Positions 37,542 through 47,234 of a DNA stretch of 64,000 bases are shown here, piece after piece. The position numbers were made by a program, and so were the translations under genes. The stretch covers positions 1,590-65,589 of the IMG/VR virus record IMGVR_UViG_3300028602_002388; one strand, 5' to 3'. How positions within the stretch are numbered: position 1 is the stretch's first letter; each line of letters starts with the position of its first letter. The notes beneath the pieces were generated by a model. It was given only the letters and a program-made list of their open reading frames with translations, did no database searches and was not told the origin of the DNA. Source of the stretch: a virus. Lineage: Duplodnaviria; Caudoviricetes.

Positions 37542-37895
37542 TCATAATTTTTTTCTATTTCTTTTTGTTTGTTCTATTTTCACTTCGAGGTTGTATTCTT
37601 TTATATATTTTAGTATTAGTGTAAGTATCAATCTATTATCTATTGAGACATAATCTTTATTTATTGATGATGTATCATATATTTGGCAAATTTCATTTTT
37701 CACTGTTACTTTTATTCCTGCGAAGAAGTATGATATTTTATTATCATGGTTTATCATCATTTTATTTCCTTCTTCAATTCTTGTAGGTGGGTATTTTTCC
37801 ATCAGCAATTCGATTATATTTTGTTTTATATCTTTTGCTGGTTTTTGATAATTTATTTCCATTCTTTTCTTATTATTGATTCTTTTTCTATCCAT
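37542..37895 (-). CDS. Hypothetical protein
   Basis: 117-aa ORF. Confidence 0.45.
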   Translation of the reverse strand: MDRKRINNKKRMEINYQKPAKDIKQNIIELLMEKYPPTRIEEGNKMMINHDNKISYFFAGIKVTVKNEICQIYDTSSINKDYVSIDNRLILTLILKYIKEYNLEVKIEQTKRNRKKL

Positions 37896-38107
37896 GTAGC
37901 GTGGATAATATATTTTTGATGCATTTTCATCATTATTTCATTTACCATTTTTAGTAGTTTAGGTTTTCCTGCAATTGTATTTAACTTTATCACGTCTCCT
38001 ACTTCCATTAAGTTCCAAAATTCCATTAAAACGTTTTTTAGTTCGTTTTTTGATTTTACGTTATAGACTTTTCTTTTAAACAACAGTTCGTTTTTCATAA
38101 TTTGCAA
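37853..38107 (-). CDS. Hypothetical protein
   Basis: 84-aa ORF divergent from the late arm. Confidence 0.45.
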   Translation of the reverse strand: MQIMKNELLFKRKVYNVKSKNELKNVLMEFWNLMEVGDVIKLNTIAGKPKLLKMVNEIMMKMHQKYIIHATWIEKESIIRKEWK

Positions 38108-38156
38108 AACTAATTAATTAATTAATTATTTTTGCTGTTTACAAAAATTTTTTTTT

Positions 38157-38825
38157 ATGATTATTCCTTACGATTTTGTTTTATTAAGGCTTAAGCCTAT
38201 GAATACTGAAATATCATTTTCCACGAGTAGTTTTTTAATTGATTATTCATTTAATCCATCATTTCATCAAAATCTTGTTGGTGATGTAGTTATGCTTCCT
38301 AATAAGTTTTCCATTCCCACTAAGGATACTGTTAAGCGTGGTATAGAATGGCTTCCTGATATTGATTTAAATGTTGGTGACAGGGTAATAGTTGATTATT
38401 TTCAATTATTGCAGCATTTTGGTAAAATTGTTCATAGGTATTCTAATGATTCGCAGGAACTTTATATTAGGGACGGTAATGATTTTTTAGTTTTTGTAAA
38501 TTATCATGAATTATTTTGCAAGATAGATCCTATAGTTCCTCTTAATGGTTGGGTTATTTATGAGGGTATTTATGATGATGAATCTTATGGTGAATTTAAA
38601 AACAAATTACTTTCCGAGAAGATGGGCAGGGTAAAATATGTTGGTAAGTCTAATTTAGAATATCAAGACGGTTCAATTGATGTTGATGGTTTTGATATAG
38701 GTGATATTATAATTTTCAAAAAAGGTTTTTACAGGAAATTGGAAAATGATCTTTATGCCACACAGGATAAGAATTATTATTTAACTCAAAAAAGATGGAT
38801 ATTAGCGACATTAAAAAATCAGTAA
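38157..38825 (+). CDS. Co-chaperonin GroES-like protein (two domains)
   Basis: PLNGWVI...GRVKYVG...DIGDIIIFKK pattern; similar N-terminal half. Confidence 0.5.
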   Translation: MIIPYDFVLLRLKPMNTEISFSTSSFLIDYSFNPSFHQNLVGDVVMLPNKFSIPTKDTVKRGIEWLPDIDLNVGDRVIVDYFQLLQHFGKIVHRYSNDSQELYIRDGNDFLVFVNYHELFCKIDPIVPLNGWVIYEGIYDDESYGEFKNKLLSEKMGRVKYVGKSNLEYQDGSIDVDGFDIGDIIIFKKGFYRKLENDLYATQDKNYYLTQKRWILATLKNQ

Positions 38826-39016
38826 TTTTTCATATTGGAGATATTTTTGAAATTATGAATGCTGGGACTTACAAGGTTTCTTCTCATAGTGATTGGTATT
38901 CGATACATAATTTGGTAGTTGAGGTTAAAAAAAAGCTTCTTACCTCCAATTATAAACACAAGCCGATAAAAAGGGAAAGGAGATGGATTGTTAACAAAAC
39001 ATTTAAAAAAGAATGA
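38795..39016 (+). CDS. Hypothetical protein
   Basis: 73-aa ORF. Confidence 0.4.
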   Translation: MDISDIKKSVIFHIGDIFEIMNAGTYKVSSHSDWYSIHNLVVEVKKKLLTSNYKHKPIKRERRWIVNKTFKKE

Positions 39017-40239
39017 AACAGACTGAACAACAGACTGAACAACAGACTGAACAACAGACTGAACAACAGACTGAACAACAGACTGAACAACAGACTGAAC
39101 AACAGACTGAACAACAGACTGAACAACAGACTTTAAATATTCTTATTCGTACTTCTGATAGGCCTTTTTATTTTAAGAGGTGTATTGACAGTATTTGTCA
39201 TGCCAAAGGAAACTATAAAATTAAAGTTTTAGTTTCTGTTGATAACAAAAATTCAGAAAATTATTCTAAAGAGATACTTTTACAAAGCAATCTTGATTTT
39301 GAGATTATTTTTGTTATTAAGGGTAGCAGGGATTTTTATTATAATCTTTATCTTAATAAGCTTCTTGATAAAGCCGAAGGGTGGGTGTGGATTATTGATG
39401 ATGATGATACAGTTTTAGATATGGATTTTAAACTTTCAGATAAAAGGGTTGTTTATATTTTCAAATCTAATTATTTTGGGCGTTCACTTCCAGAAGATGA
39501 ATATTGGGAAACGATAACGGAATGCCATATTGCTATGCACTGTTTTATTTTTCATACTGAAGGATTACGGTCGGAATTTGATAATCAACGAAGGGCTGAT
39601 TACAGATTTATTAAGCATTTAAGTTCTTACAGAAAAGTTGAATGGATAGATAAGGTTGTAGCCGTTGTTGATAAAAAGGGTTACGGTTCATGCAATGATT
39701 TACCGGCAAGTATAGATTTTGTTGTTCCTTATGCTTTTGACAAGAATCTTGGTAAAGAATATAATCGGATATTTGAACAGTCGAAAGCCGATTACGTTTG
39801 TATTATGGATGGTGATATTTTGTTTTTTCAAAATAGTTTTGGTCATTTTATTTCTAACGTTATTTCTAAAAATTACGATGGTGCAATTTTTACTTGTGTT
39901 ACTAATCGAATAGGTAATCCTGAACAACGGATAGATAAAAAAATATCATCAGATGCTAATATTTTAAGACACAAGAAGATTGCTCTTAAAAGAAGGCGTA
40001 AATACGGATATTTTGTTACTCAAGCCCACATGCGAACATCAATGCTTATCAGTATTATTTCCAAAAAGGTATGGAATGAGATAAGGTTTAATGAAGGTTT
40101 GAAAGGTATTGATTGGCAATTCACACAATCAGTTCTTGATAAAGGATTTCCTATATATATCATGCAGGGGCTTTACGTCTTCCACCTCTATAGATTAGGT
40201 GATGGCGGCGTTTATTACACAAAACATTTAGATTGTTAA
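39013..40239 (+). CDS. Two-domain GT-A (family 2-like) glycosyltransferase with N-terminal QQTE repeats
   Basis: NILIRTSDRP...WIIDDDD (DxD) and DFVVPY...CIMDGD (second DxD). Confidence 0.75.
   Translation: MKQTEQQTEQQTEQQTEQQTEQQTEQQTEQQTEQQTEQQTLNILIRTSDRPFYFKRCIDSICHAKGNYKIKVLVSVDNKNSENYSKEILLQSNLDFEIIFVIKGSRDFYYNLYLNKLLDKAEGWVWIIDDDDTVLDMDFKLSDKRVVYIFKSNYFGRSLPEDEYWETITECHIAMHCFIFHTEGLRSEFDNQRRADYRFIKHLSSYRKVEWIDKVVAVVDKKGYGSCNDLPASIDFVVPYAFDKNLGKEYNRIFEQSKADYVCIMDGDILFFQNSFGHFISNVISKNYDGAIFTCVTNRIGNPEQRIDKKISSDANILRHKKIALKRRRKYGYFVTQAHMRTSMLISIISKKVWNEIRFNEGLKGIDWQFTQSVLDKGFPIYIMQGLYVFHLYRLGDGGVYYTKHLDC
39019..39132 (+). repeat. 12-bp minisatellite (CAGACTGAACAA) x ~9.5
   Basis: Encodes QQTE repeats right after the start codon. 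Confidence 0.95.
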
Positions 40240-40260
40240 TTACTAATTGTTAATTGCTTT

Positions 40261-40890
40261 ATGAACATTTATGAGGAATACGGATTTTCGGATCATGATT
40301 TTAAAAAGCTATTTGTTCCTATTTATGATATTAAGCCTGATTACAAAAAACATTTACCTTTACTTAGCAAGTATGATGAATTTTCCAAAACGGATGAAAA
40401 AATAGATTTTGACACATTATTCAGATACATAGTTCTTGCATTTGATATTAATTCTCCTATTCGTTATGTTTACAAAACAATACTTGAGCAACGTGTAAAG
40501 GCTGCATTGATAGCTGGATTTACTGTTAACAAATCTGGCAAGTTTCCTAAAAATATAGAACAGATATTATTATGTGAAAATGCCTGTGTTAATCGAATGA
40601 TAGTTAGGTATATTACTATGATTAACAATGAGGATTATTCAACACTTATAGCCTATTCGGAGGCGTTGCGTAAACAACAGGAAAAGATATTAGCGGGAGA
40701 TGTTGATCAAGAAAAGACTAAGGACATGATCTTTAACATTAATACGCTTAAAAATTCCATCAAAGAGTTAAAAGAGGTTCTTTTAGGCGAATCTCACGAT
40801 CTGCATCGAACACTTTATGAATTTGTTGATTCATCTATTCTTGGGATATCGCCCGAAGAGATTGCCTCTTTATATGACTTTACAGTTTGA
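40261..40890 (+). CDS. Hypothetical protein, terminase small subunit position
   Basis: Directly upstream of and overlapping the terminase large subunit. Confidence 0.45.
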   Translation: MNIYEEYGFSDHDFKKLFVPIYDIKPDYKKHLPLLSKYDEFSKTDEKIDFDTLFRYIVLAFDINSPIRYVYKTILEQRVKAALIAGFTVNKSGKFPKNIEQILLCENACVNRMIVRYITMINNEDYSTLIAYSEALRKQQEKILAGDVDQEKTKDMIFNINTLKNSIKELKEVLLGESHDLHRTLYEFVDSSILGISPEEIASLYDFTV

Positions 40891-40892
40891 AA

Positions 40893-43109
40893 ATGAGTAA
40901 ACAGTTTAAATATCAACCTGCCGATAAATATATTGACTTTAATAAGGAAGATGACACACTTAAAACTATTAGGGTTTATCTGCCTAAGCAGCCTGATGAA
41001 AAACTTATTGATGGTTATGGTTTACCCCCCAAAGAACAACGATGGCATGCCCCTCAATTACCTGTAAAACTGAAACAGTTACTTTCTAAACATAATACGC
41101 TTGAGGAACTAAATAATGCTATTTACAATAACCAGCATGAATATTCAAAAGAGATAGAATGGATAAAAAGAGAATGGGATAGGCGTCTTAACGGTTATTG
41201 GTTTTTTAACAATGGTAAAGCCACCTATATGGATGGTTGGCATTATTTTTATTGTGGCTATTGGCATTTGGATATCGGTCTCCCTGATTATCGCTACAGA
41301 GATTATCTATGGTTTCATTTTGCCAGATTTTGTTATACCGACACAAAATTACCTAACGGTGTTTGTCTTGGTCGCAGATTGTGTTACGGATTTAATTATC
41401 CCAAACATCGTCGGGAGGGAGCTACATACAAGGCACAATGTATAAATTATGAAATTATCTCCCGCACACTCAATGCTCATGGGGGAATACAGTCTATGGA
41501 TGGTCCGTCAAGTAAAACTGTATTTTTAGATAAGTTAGTACCTCCCTGGCAAAAGATGGCATTCTTTTTCAAACCCAGATATACCGGTAATTCCGATCCT
41601 AAAACAAGGCTGTATTTCGATCAAATCGCAGTAAGCGCTTCTGCCAAAGGTGGAGTTGCTAATATAGATATCGGCCTGCAATCCAAAATCACTTACGCCT
41701 CATCAGCCAATCGTGGAGCATATGACGGAGATAAATTAATGTTCTATCATGATGATGAAACAGGTAAATGCCTTGAGGAGAATGTTTACGCCAGACACAT
41801 GGTTACTAAAAAATGTTTGAGCCAAGCTAATGGACGTATTATACATGGCCTTACCATCAAAACTTCAACTGTAGGAGGAATGATTAAAGAAGGAGGACAG
41901 AATTTTTATAAACTATGTAAAGATTCTATGTGGGAAGAACGTAATGATAATGGAGAAACCATAACAGGTCTTTATAACCTTTTTATTCCTGCCTATGTAT
42001 GCTTGGACGGTTTTATAGACATTTATGGTAACCCTGTTATTGATGATCCTACAGAAGATGACCTTTGGCGAATACCATATCCTACAAGAGATGTAAATGG
42101 CAAACTCATCGGCGCAAAAACATATCTTGATAACGCAAGGAAGGCATACATGAAAGAAGATAACCATGATGCGCAAACAAATTTTGAAGAAGAAGTACGA
42201 ATGTTCCCTACATCCTTTAACGAATGCTTTATTTCAGAAGGCGGCGTTTCAGGCCTTCCTATACATAAAATTACTAAACGAATAAAAGAACTTCAATTCG
42301 CTACCAATTCGTCTCTTGGTATCGAAATAGGCAACTTTAAATGGTTAAATGATCGCAAAGACGGAACGGTAATTTTTGAAAAAACAAGTAATGGACGCTT
42401 TAAAGTATCATTACTACCGGTAATAAATAACCGTAAAGAAAAAATCTCTATCTGGGATGTTACAGGTATGATTAATACTTACAAACCATCTGGGGTAATA
42501 AAATTCGTCTCTTCAGCAGATCCCTATCAATTCCTAAAAACGGAAAACAGAAGACTTTCTATGGGAGCAGGTTCTACATTCATGCTGAGAGACGAAGAAA
42601 TAGACCCCGATGAAAAACATGTTGACCTGTGGGAGACATATCGAACAGTATGTACATATGTTTACCGCCCTGAAGATCCCGACGACTTCGCTGAAGATAT
42701 GCTAATGATGTGCGTCTATTACGAATCAATGATGTACCCTGAAATAAATATTGACTTGATATGGAAATACTTTAGACGTAGAGGATACTTAGGTTATCTT
42801 CTGCACGGATACGATACCTCTGGCGTAAAACGTAATACGCCTGGATTCTATAATAGAGGAGCAGTGGCACAAAACATATTTAGCTCACATAAAAGATACC
42901 TGGAAACACACTGCAATAGAATAAAACATATTGAAGTGTTGGAAGAATGTAAAGCCATTAAAGGAATAGAAGACCTGACTAATAGAGACCTCTTTGTTGC
43001 CGTTGCAGGTACATACATGGCAGCAGACCAGATACTCTATGAACCATTTAATAGAAAAATACAAAACAAATATACAATTAACGACTTCTTTAATATTAAA
43101 TCATACTAA
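40893..43109 (+). CDS. terL: Terminase large subunit
   Basis: KHRREGAT (Walker A-like), YHDDETGK (Walker B), KTSTVG, and C-terminal nuclease with ADPY and DLFVA. Confidence 0.85.
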   Translation: MSKQFKYQPADKYIDFNKEDDTLKTIRVYLPKQPDEKLIDGYGLPPKEQRWHAPQLPVKLKQLLSKHNTLEELNNAIYNNQHEYSKEIEWIKREWDRRLNGYWFFNNGKATYMDGWHYFYCGYWHLDIGLPDYRYRDYLWFHFARFCYTDTKLPNGVCLGRRLCYGFNYPKHRREGATYKAQCINYEIISRTLNAHGGIQSMDGPSSKTVFLDKLVPPWQKMAFFFKPRYTGNSDPKTRLYFDQIAVSASAKGGVANIDIGLQSKITYASSANRGAYDGDKLMFYHDDETGKCLEENVYARHMVTKKCLSQANGRIIHGLTIKTSTVGGMIKEGGQNFYKLCKDSMWEERNDNGETITGLYNLFIPAYVCLDGFIDIYGNPVIDDPTEDDLWRIPYPTRDVNGKLIGAKTYLDNARKAYMKEDNHDAQTNFEEEVRMFPTSFNECFISEGGVSGLPIHKITKRIKELQFATNSSLGIEIGNFKWLNDRKDGTVIFEKTSNGRFKVSLLPVINNRKEKISIWDVTGMINTYKPSGVIKFVSSADPYQFLKTENRRLSMGAGSTFMLRDEEIDPDEKHVDLWETYRTVCTYVYRPEDPDDFAEDMLMMCVYYESMMYPEINIDLIWKYFRRRGYLGYLLHGYDTSGVKRNTPGFYNRGAVAQNIFSSHKRYLETHCNRIKHIEVLEECKAIKGIEDLTNRDLFVAVAGTYMAADQILYEPFNRKIQNKYTINDFFNIKSY

Positions 43110-43133
43110 ATTGATATGTGAAAATGCAACTTT

Positions 43134-43333
43134 TAATCATTCTAAATAATTGTGTAATTTATTGATAATCATACGTACTTAGACAGATTAACAATATGTT
43201 TAAAAAAATATTCATTAAAAACTTGTTTTTTTAAAAATTATATTATTACTTTTGCAATGTGGGTTTTTTAATTATTTGTGTTAATGAAGGGAACGGGAAT
43301 AAAACCCCGTTCCATTTTTTTAGGGAAAAAGTT
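43134..43333 (+). promoter_or_regulatory. Repeated promoter-terminator element, copy 3 (inverted, lacks the attI-like end)
   Basis: CTTG-N21-TACTTTTG at 43247-43254, then gggaacggg...cccgttcc stem and T run. Confidence 0.7.
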
Positions 43334-43376
43334 TTTTGATTTTTTTAAGTATTCACTAAAAGAAAACGCTTAAGAG

Positions 43377-43592
43377 ATGGAGAAAAACAAGTATGTTATT
43401 GGATTGAGCAACATTGATAATATAGCAGATGAGGTAGTAAAATTATTTTACGAACCTGCTGTTATAAGTTCGGTTTGCACTTGCACAAAAGTTCGTGAAA
43501 CACCAATGATTAATGGCAAGTACATCTGCTCAATTTGTAACAAACCTATTTTGCAAACCGAACTTATAATGATTCAATTATTGCCGCAGTAA
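43377..43592 (+). CDS. Small cassette-like gene with C-terminal CxC..CxxC
   Basis: 71 aa; stop in gcagTAAC. Confidence 0.5.
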   Translation: MEKNKYVIGLSNIDNIADEVVKLFYEPAVISSVCTCTKVRETPMINGKYICSICNKPILQTELIMIQLLPQ

Positions 43593-43633
43593 CGGTTTAA
43601 AAGCACAAAAGTTAAATTTTAAAACCAAAGTAT

Positions 43634-43864
43634 ATGAATAGCACAAACGTTCAAAATAGCACTTTCCCCGCCATTGTCAGCAATAATGTGTCACCAGCAA
43701 TTAGTTGGTATAAATCATTATCGCTTAATCAGAAAATGGCACTCAAAGAAGTATCAGAATTAATTTGTGGTATAAAATGGGAAGATTTTAATATCCTGTT
43801 TTCACCACGAGAAAGGTTCGAAATATTACATAACAAATTAATGATGGAAGGTTTCGATGTCTAA
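43634..43864 (+). CDS. Small cassette-like gene, hypothetical
   Basis: 76 aa; attC-type leader MNSTNVQNSTFPAIVSNNV. Confidence 0.5.
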   Translation: MNSTNVQNSTFPAIVSNNVSPAISWYKSLSLNQKMALKEVSELICGIKWEDFNILFSPRERFEILHNKLMMEGFDV

Positions 43865-43866
43865 TT

Positions 43867-44135
43867 GCCCATAACAAGGCAGGTTACGAAGGTTTTATCC
43901 GTAAAAGGCACGAAAAAGATAGTTGGAGCAAAGGCAGAAACATTGAATATGGAGGTGAAGCGGAAGCGGATTTTATGCCCGAAGCCGAATATCAGGAACA
44001 ACTTTAAAGGTGGCGAAGTCATTTGGACTTAAATACTTTGGTAGCGAAATAAATTCAAACTATTGTCGGTTAGCTAACGAAACTTTGAATGGAACGCTGT
44101 TTTAGCATTACGCTTACCGGCTGACGTTATAGGGC
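43867..44135. other. Long attC-like element (269 bp)
   Basis: gcccaTAAC ... GTTAtagggc inverted ends with weak inner arms. Confidence 0.4.
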
Positions 44136-44250
44136 GTTCATTTTTAATCAAAATGCATGGAGAATATTGTTTTGGTGGCGGTTGGTTTTTAGTGGTTGCA
44201 GTTTTGCCAACTGGTCAAATATCAAACCACTACGAATTGAAGGATTGGGA

Positions 44251-44497
44251 TTTATTAAACATTTAATTTCTATTTTATAATCATTCTAAATAATGGTGTA
44301 ACTTATTGATAATCATACGTACTTAGACAGATTAACAATATGTTTGAAAAAATGTTTAAAAAAATATTCATTAAAAATTTGTTTTTTTAAAAATTATATT
44401 ATCTTTGTAACGTAATTTTTTTCATGGGTCTAAATGTTAGTTGAATAAAGGGAATGGAAATAAAATTCGTTCCCTTTTTTTAGGGAAAAAGTTCTTT
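44251..44497 (+). promoter_or_regulatory. Repeated promoter-terminator element, copy 4 (inverted)
   Basis: TATCTTTG at 44400-44407, gggaat...ttccc stem plus T7; resembles copy 2. Confidence 0.7.
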
Positions 44498-44593
44498 TGT
44501 GAACTACTACTTAGCTAAAGACAAATGTGTAGTTCACAATCCAAATTACGTAAACGGGAGATAATCAAGTTTTTGGGATAATATTTTTCAATC

Positions 44594-44782
44594 ATGGGTA
44601 GTTTGTTAAGGCTTTGCAAAATATATGGTTCGATTGAGATTTGCGATTCAAGTGGTAAAAGAGTAGTTTGGTTTTGGGATTACAAACAAGACAAACCGAG
44701 ATTAAGGTGCGAAATGACAAAGGAAGAAATTGCAGAAAGCGAAAAGGCAAAGTGGCAACACATTAAGTCTCAAAAAAAATGA
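44594..44782 (+). CDS. Hypothetical protein
   Basis: 62-aa ORF. Confidence 0.5.
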   Translation: MGSLLRLCKIYGSIEICDSSGKRVVWFWDYKQDKPRLRCEMTKEEIAESEKAKWQHIKSQKK

Positions 44783-44882
44783 AACTAAAACATTTATGTA
44801 CAGGTCAACATGATTTTAAAAAACCAAATTAGTAATTAATTACTTAATTTTGCTGATTACTTAAAAAGTAAGTACATCGGTA

Positions 44883-47234
44883 ATGTATTTTTCAGAAAAA
44901 TATAATAGGTCATTTTTCAGGCCTACTTGCGACATTGATCCAAAACAAAAAGCCAGTGATCCTAACTGGAGCAGGTCAATGGTAGAGTACATATACTCAC
45001 AATACATGATGGGTAACTGCGCCATTACAAAAAATGATGTAGAACGTTTTAATGTAAATCTATCATATGCAAAAGGGAGGCAAGATACTTCCATATACAA
45101 GGACATGATATTGGACGAGTATAAAGGAAGCAGCAAAAGCCCTAAATATTCTGAGGGAGGAGACAGCTTTAATCCACCTAAAACAAAAAAAGCGAGACAG
45201 GGGTGGGTATCAATAAATTTCGACAATGTGTTTTCTCCTATGCCAAAATACATAAATACTATAATAGGTATTATGGAAGGGCAAGAGCATAACATACATG
45301 TTAGCGCTATTGATGAACATTCGGCTGAACTTAGGGATGAGCTTAAGTACAAAAGATATGTTCAAGGAAAATACATGAATAAACTGGCAATTATAGATAA
45401 CTTGATGGGAATAGAGCATCAGGAGGAAAATATAATTTATCCCTCAAGTATTGAGGAGCTTCGTATGTTTGAGGAGATGGGGGAGTTTAAACTGACATAC
45501 GAGATTGGAATACAAAGAGCGGTTGATCATACGATGAAAGCATCTGGGGATAAAAAAATAAAAACCAATGTTATAAAAGATGCTGTTACCTTTGGGATAG
45601 CATCAACTATGGATTATTTTGATTATGATATAGGCGAGGTAAGGGCTAAACATTTGGACGTGCGTTCATTGATTGTGGAAAAAAGCAAAGAGGATGATTT
45701 TAGTGATGCATCGTTTTGGGCGTACATAGACTACATAAATATTGCGCAACTAAAGAGCGAAACGGGGCTTAAAGATGATGAGTTGTTTGCCGTTGCAGGG
45801 AACTTTTTTGGTAAATTAGGTAATATGACAGCATACGATATGAGGGTAGATAATAGTGGTTCTTATGACTATTACGCCTGCAAAGTACCTGTGCTTGTAG
45901 CATATTGGATAAGCAATGACAGTGTTTATCATACCACCCGCAATGTAAAAGGTGTTGATGTTGATTTTGTTGAACCTTACAGAGCAAATAAGGGCGGGGC
46001 TGTAAAGTTACCAAGAGTGTATGATACGGAAGGAAAGAAAACTACAAAGACGACGTCGCAAAGCCTCTATAGTTGCAAGTGGATTGTTGATACAGATGTT
46101 GTTTATAATATCGGTAAGGCACATGATGTAGCCTTCGACTATGAAGGTAAAAAAGTGGAATCGCCAATAAGGGTTTATAAAATTGATGGGATGCCAATGG
46201 TAGAAAATTGCATACCTATTGTTGATCAGATCGCCCTTACATATTATAGATTACAAAATGGTATCGCCAAAGCCCCTCCACCAGGCCTAAAGATAGAATA
46301 TAATTCTATGCTTGGGATGACTTTTGAGGATGATGATGAATGGAAGCCGTTAGATGGATTAAGGTTATACACGCAGTCCGGACATATCATATTTAATGCC
46401 TCCCCATCAGGGGTTGAGTTGCCACCTAACATGCCAGACCCTATTCAGGAACTTAAAGGCGGGTTAGGTACGGTGATAAAAGATGCTGCTGATAGCCTTG
46501 CTTTGGCTTATCAACAATTGATGGAAATAACAGGAATAGATAGGCTTAGCGCAAGCTCTATTAGCCCCTCCAGAGATCAAGGAAAATATGTGACAGAGGT
46601 AGCTGTGGCTGCAACAACAAATGCACTTAGACCTATATATTCTTGCTATCTTTCTATGAAAGAACAGTTGGCAAGAAGCATTGCACTACGTGTGCAGGCT
46701 GTAATAGTAGGTAGAGATGATACAAAATACCATCGGATATTAGGCGATGCCGCTGTGGAAGCATTAAGGGTTGGTGGCTTCTTTCCTCCAATATCGTTAG
46801 GCGTACATCTTGTTGCTATGCCTGATGAGGTAATGAAAAATGCAGTGAGGGAAGCTGCGATGGCTGCACTCGCTGGAGGAAAGAACGGAATACCGGCACT
46901 CTCCTATAGCGAGTATCTGTTTATTATTGAACAGCTTAATACTAATGCAGGATTATACTATGCAAGAGTTTATATAGCAAGAAAAGAAGCAGAAACACAA
47001 ATGCAGGCACAACAGAGAGCCGAAAGCTCTCAAAAACTTCTTAGCCAAGAAACTATGCGGCAAAATGAACAGAAAGCAAAACAGGAACTTGATAAGTTGA
47101 ATCAACAAAAAAATAATGAAATAGAACTTTTAAACGTTAAAAGCAAACTTGAAAAAGAAATGGAAATGCTAAGGCATGAAAATAAGATGAAAGAATTGGA
47201 AATAATAAATCAAAATAATATTAATAAAGAATGA
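44883..47234 (+). CDS. Portal protein
   Basis: 783 aa between terminase and capsid; SINFDNVFSPMPKYINTIIG pattern; helical Q/E-rich C-terminus. Confidence 0.75.
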   Translation: MYFSEKYNRSFFRPTCDIDPKQKASDPNWSRSMVEYIYSQYMMGNCAITKNDVERFNVNLSYAKGRQDTSIYKDMILDEYKGSSKSPKYSEGGDSFNPPKTKKARQGWVSINFDNVFSPMPKYINTIIGIMEGQEHNIHVSAIDEHSAELRDELKYKRYVQGKYMNKLAIIDNLMGIEHQEENIIYPSSIEELRMFEEMGEFKLTYEIGIQRAVDHTMKASGDKKIKTNVIKDAVTFGIASTMDYFDYDIGEVRAKHLDVRSLIVEKSKEDDFSDASFWAYIDYINIAQLKSETGLKDDELFAVAGNFFGKLGNMTAYDMRVDNSGSYDYYACKVPVLVAYWISNDSVYHTTRNVKGVDVDFVEPYRANKGGAVKLPRVYDTEGKKTTKTTSQSLYSCKWIVDTDVVYNIGKAHDVAFDYEGKKVESPIRVYKIDGMPMVENCIPIVDQIALTYYRLQNGIAKAPPPGLKIEYNSMLGMTFEDDDEWKPLDGLRLYTQSGHIIFNASPSGVELPPNMPDPIQELKGGLGTVIKDAADSLALAYQQLMEITGIDRLSASSISPSRDQGKYVTEVAVAATTNALRPIYSCYLSMKEQLARSIALRVQAVIVGRDDTKYHRILGDAAVEALRVGGFFPPISLGVHLVAMPDEVMKNAVREAAMAALAGGKNGIPALSYSEYLFIIEQLNTNAGLYYARVYIARKEAETQMQAQQRAESSQKLLSQETMRQNEQKAKQELDKLNQQKNNEIELLNVKSKLEKEMEMLRHENKMKELEIINQNNINKE

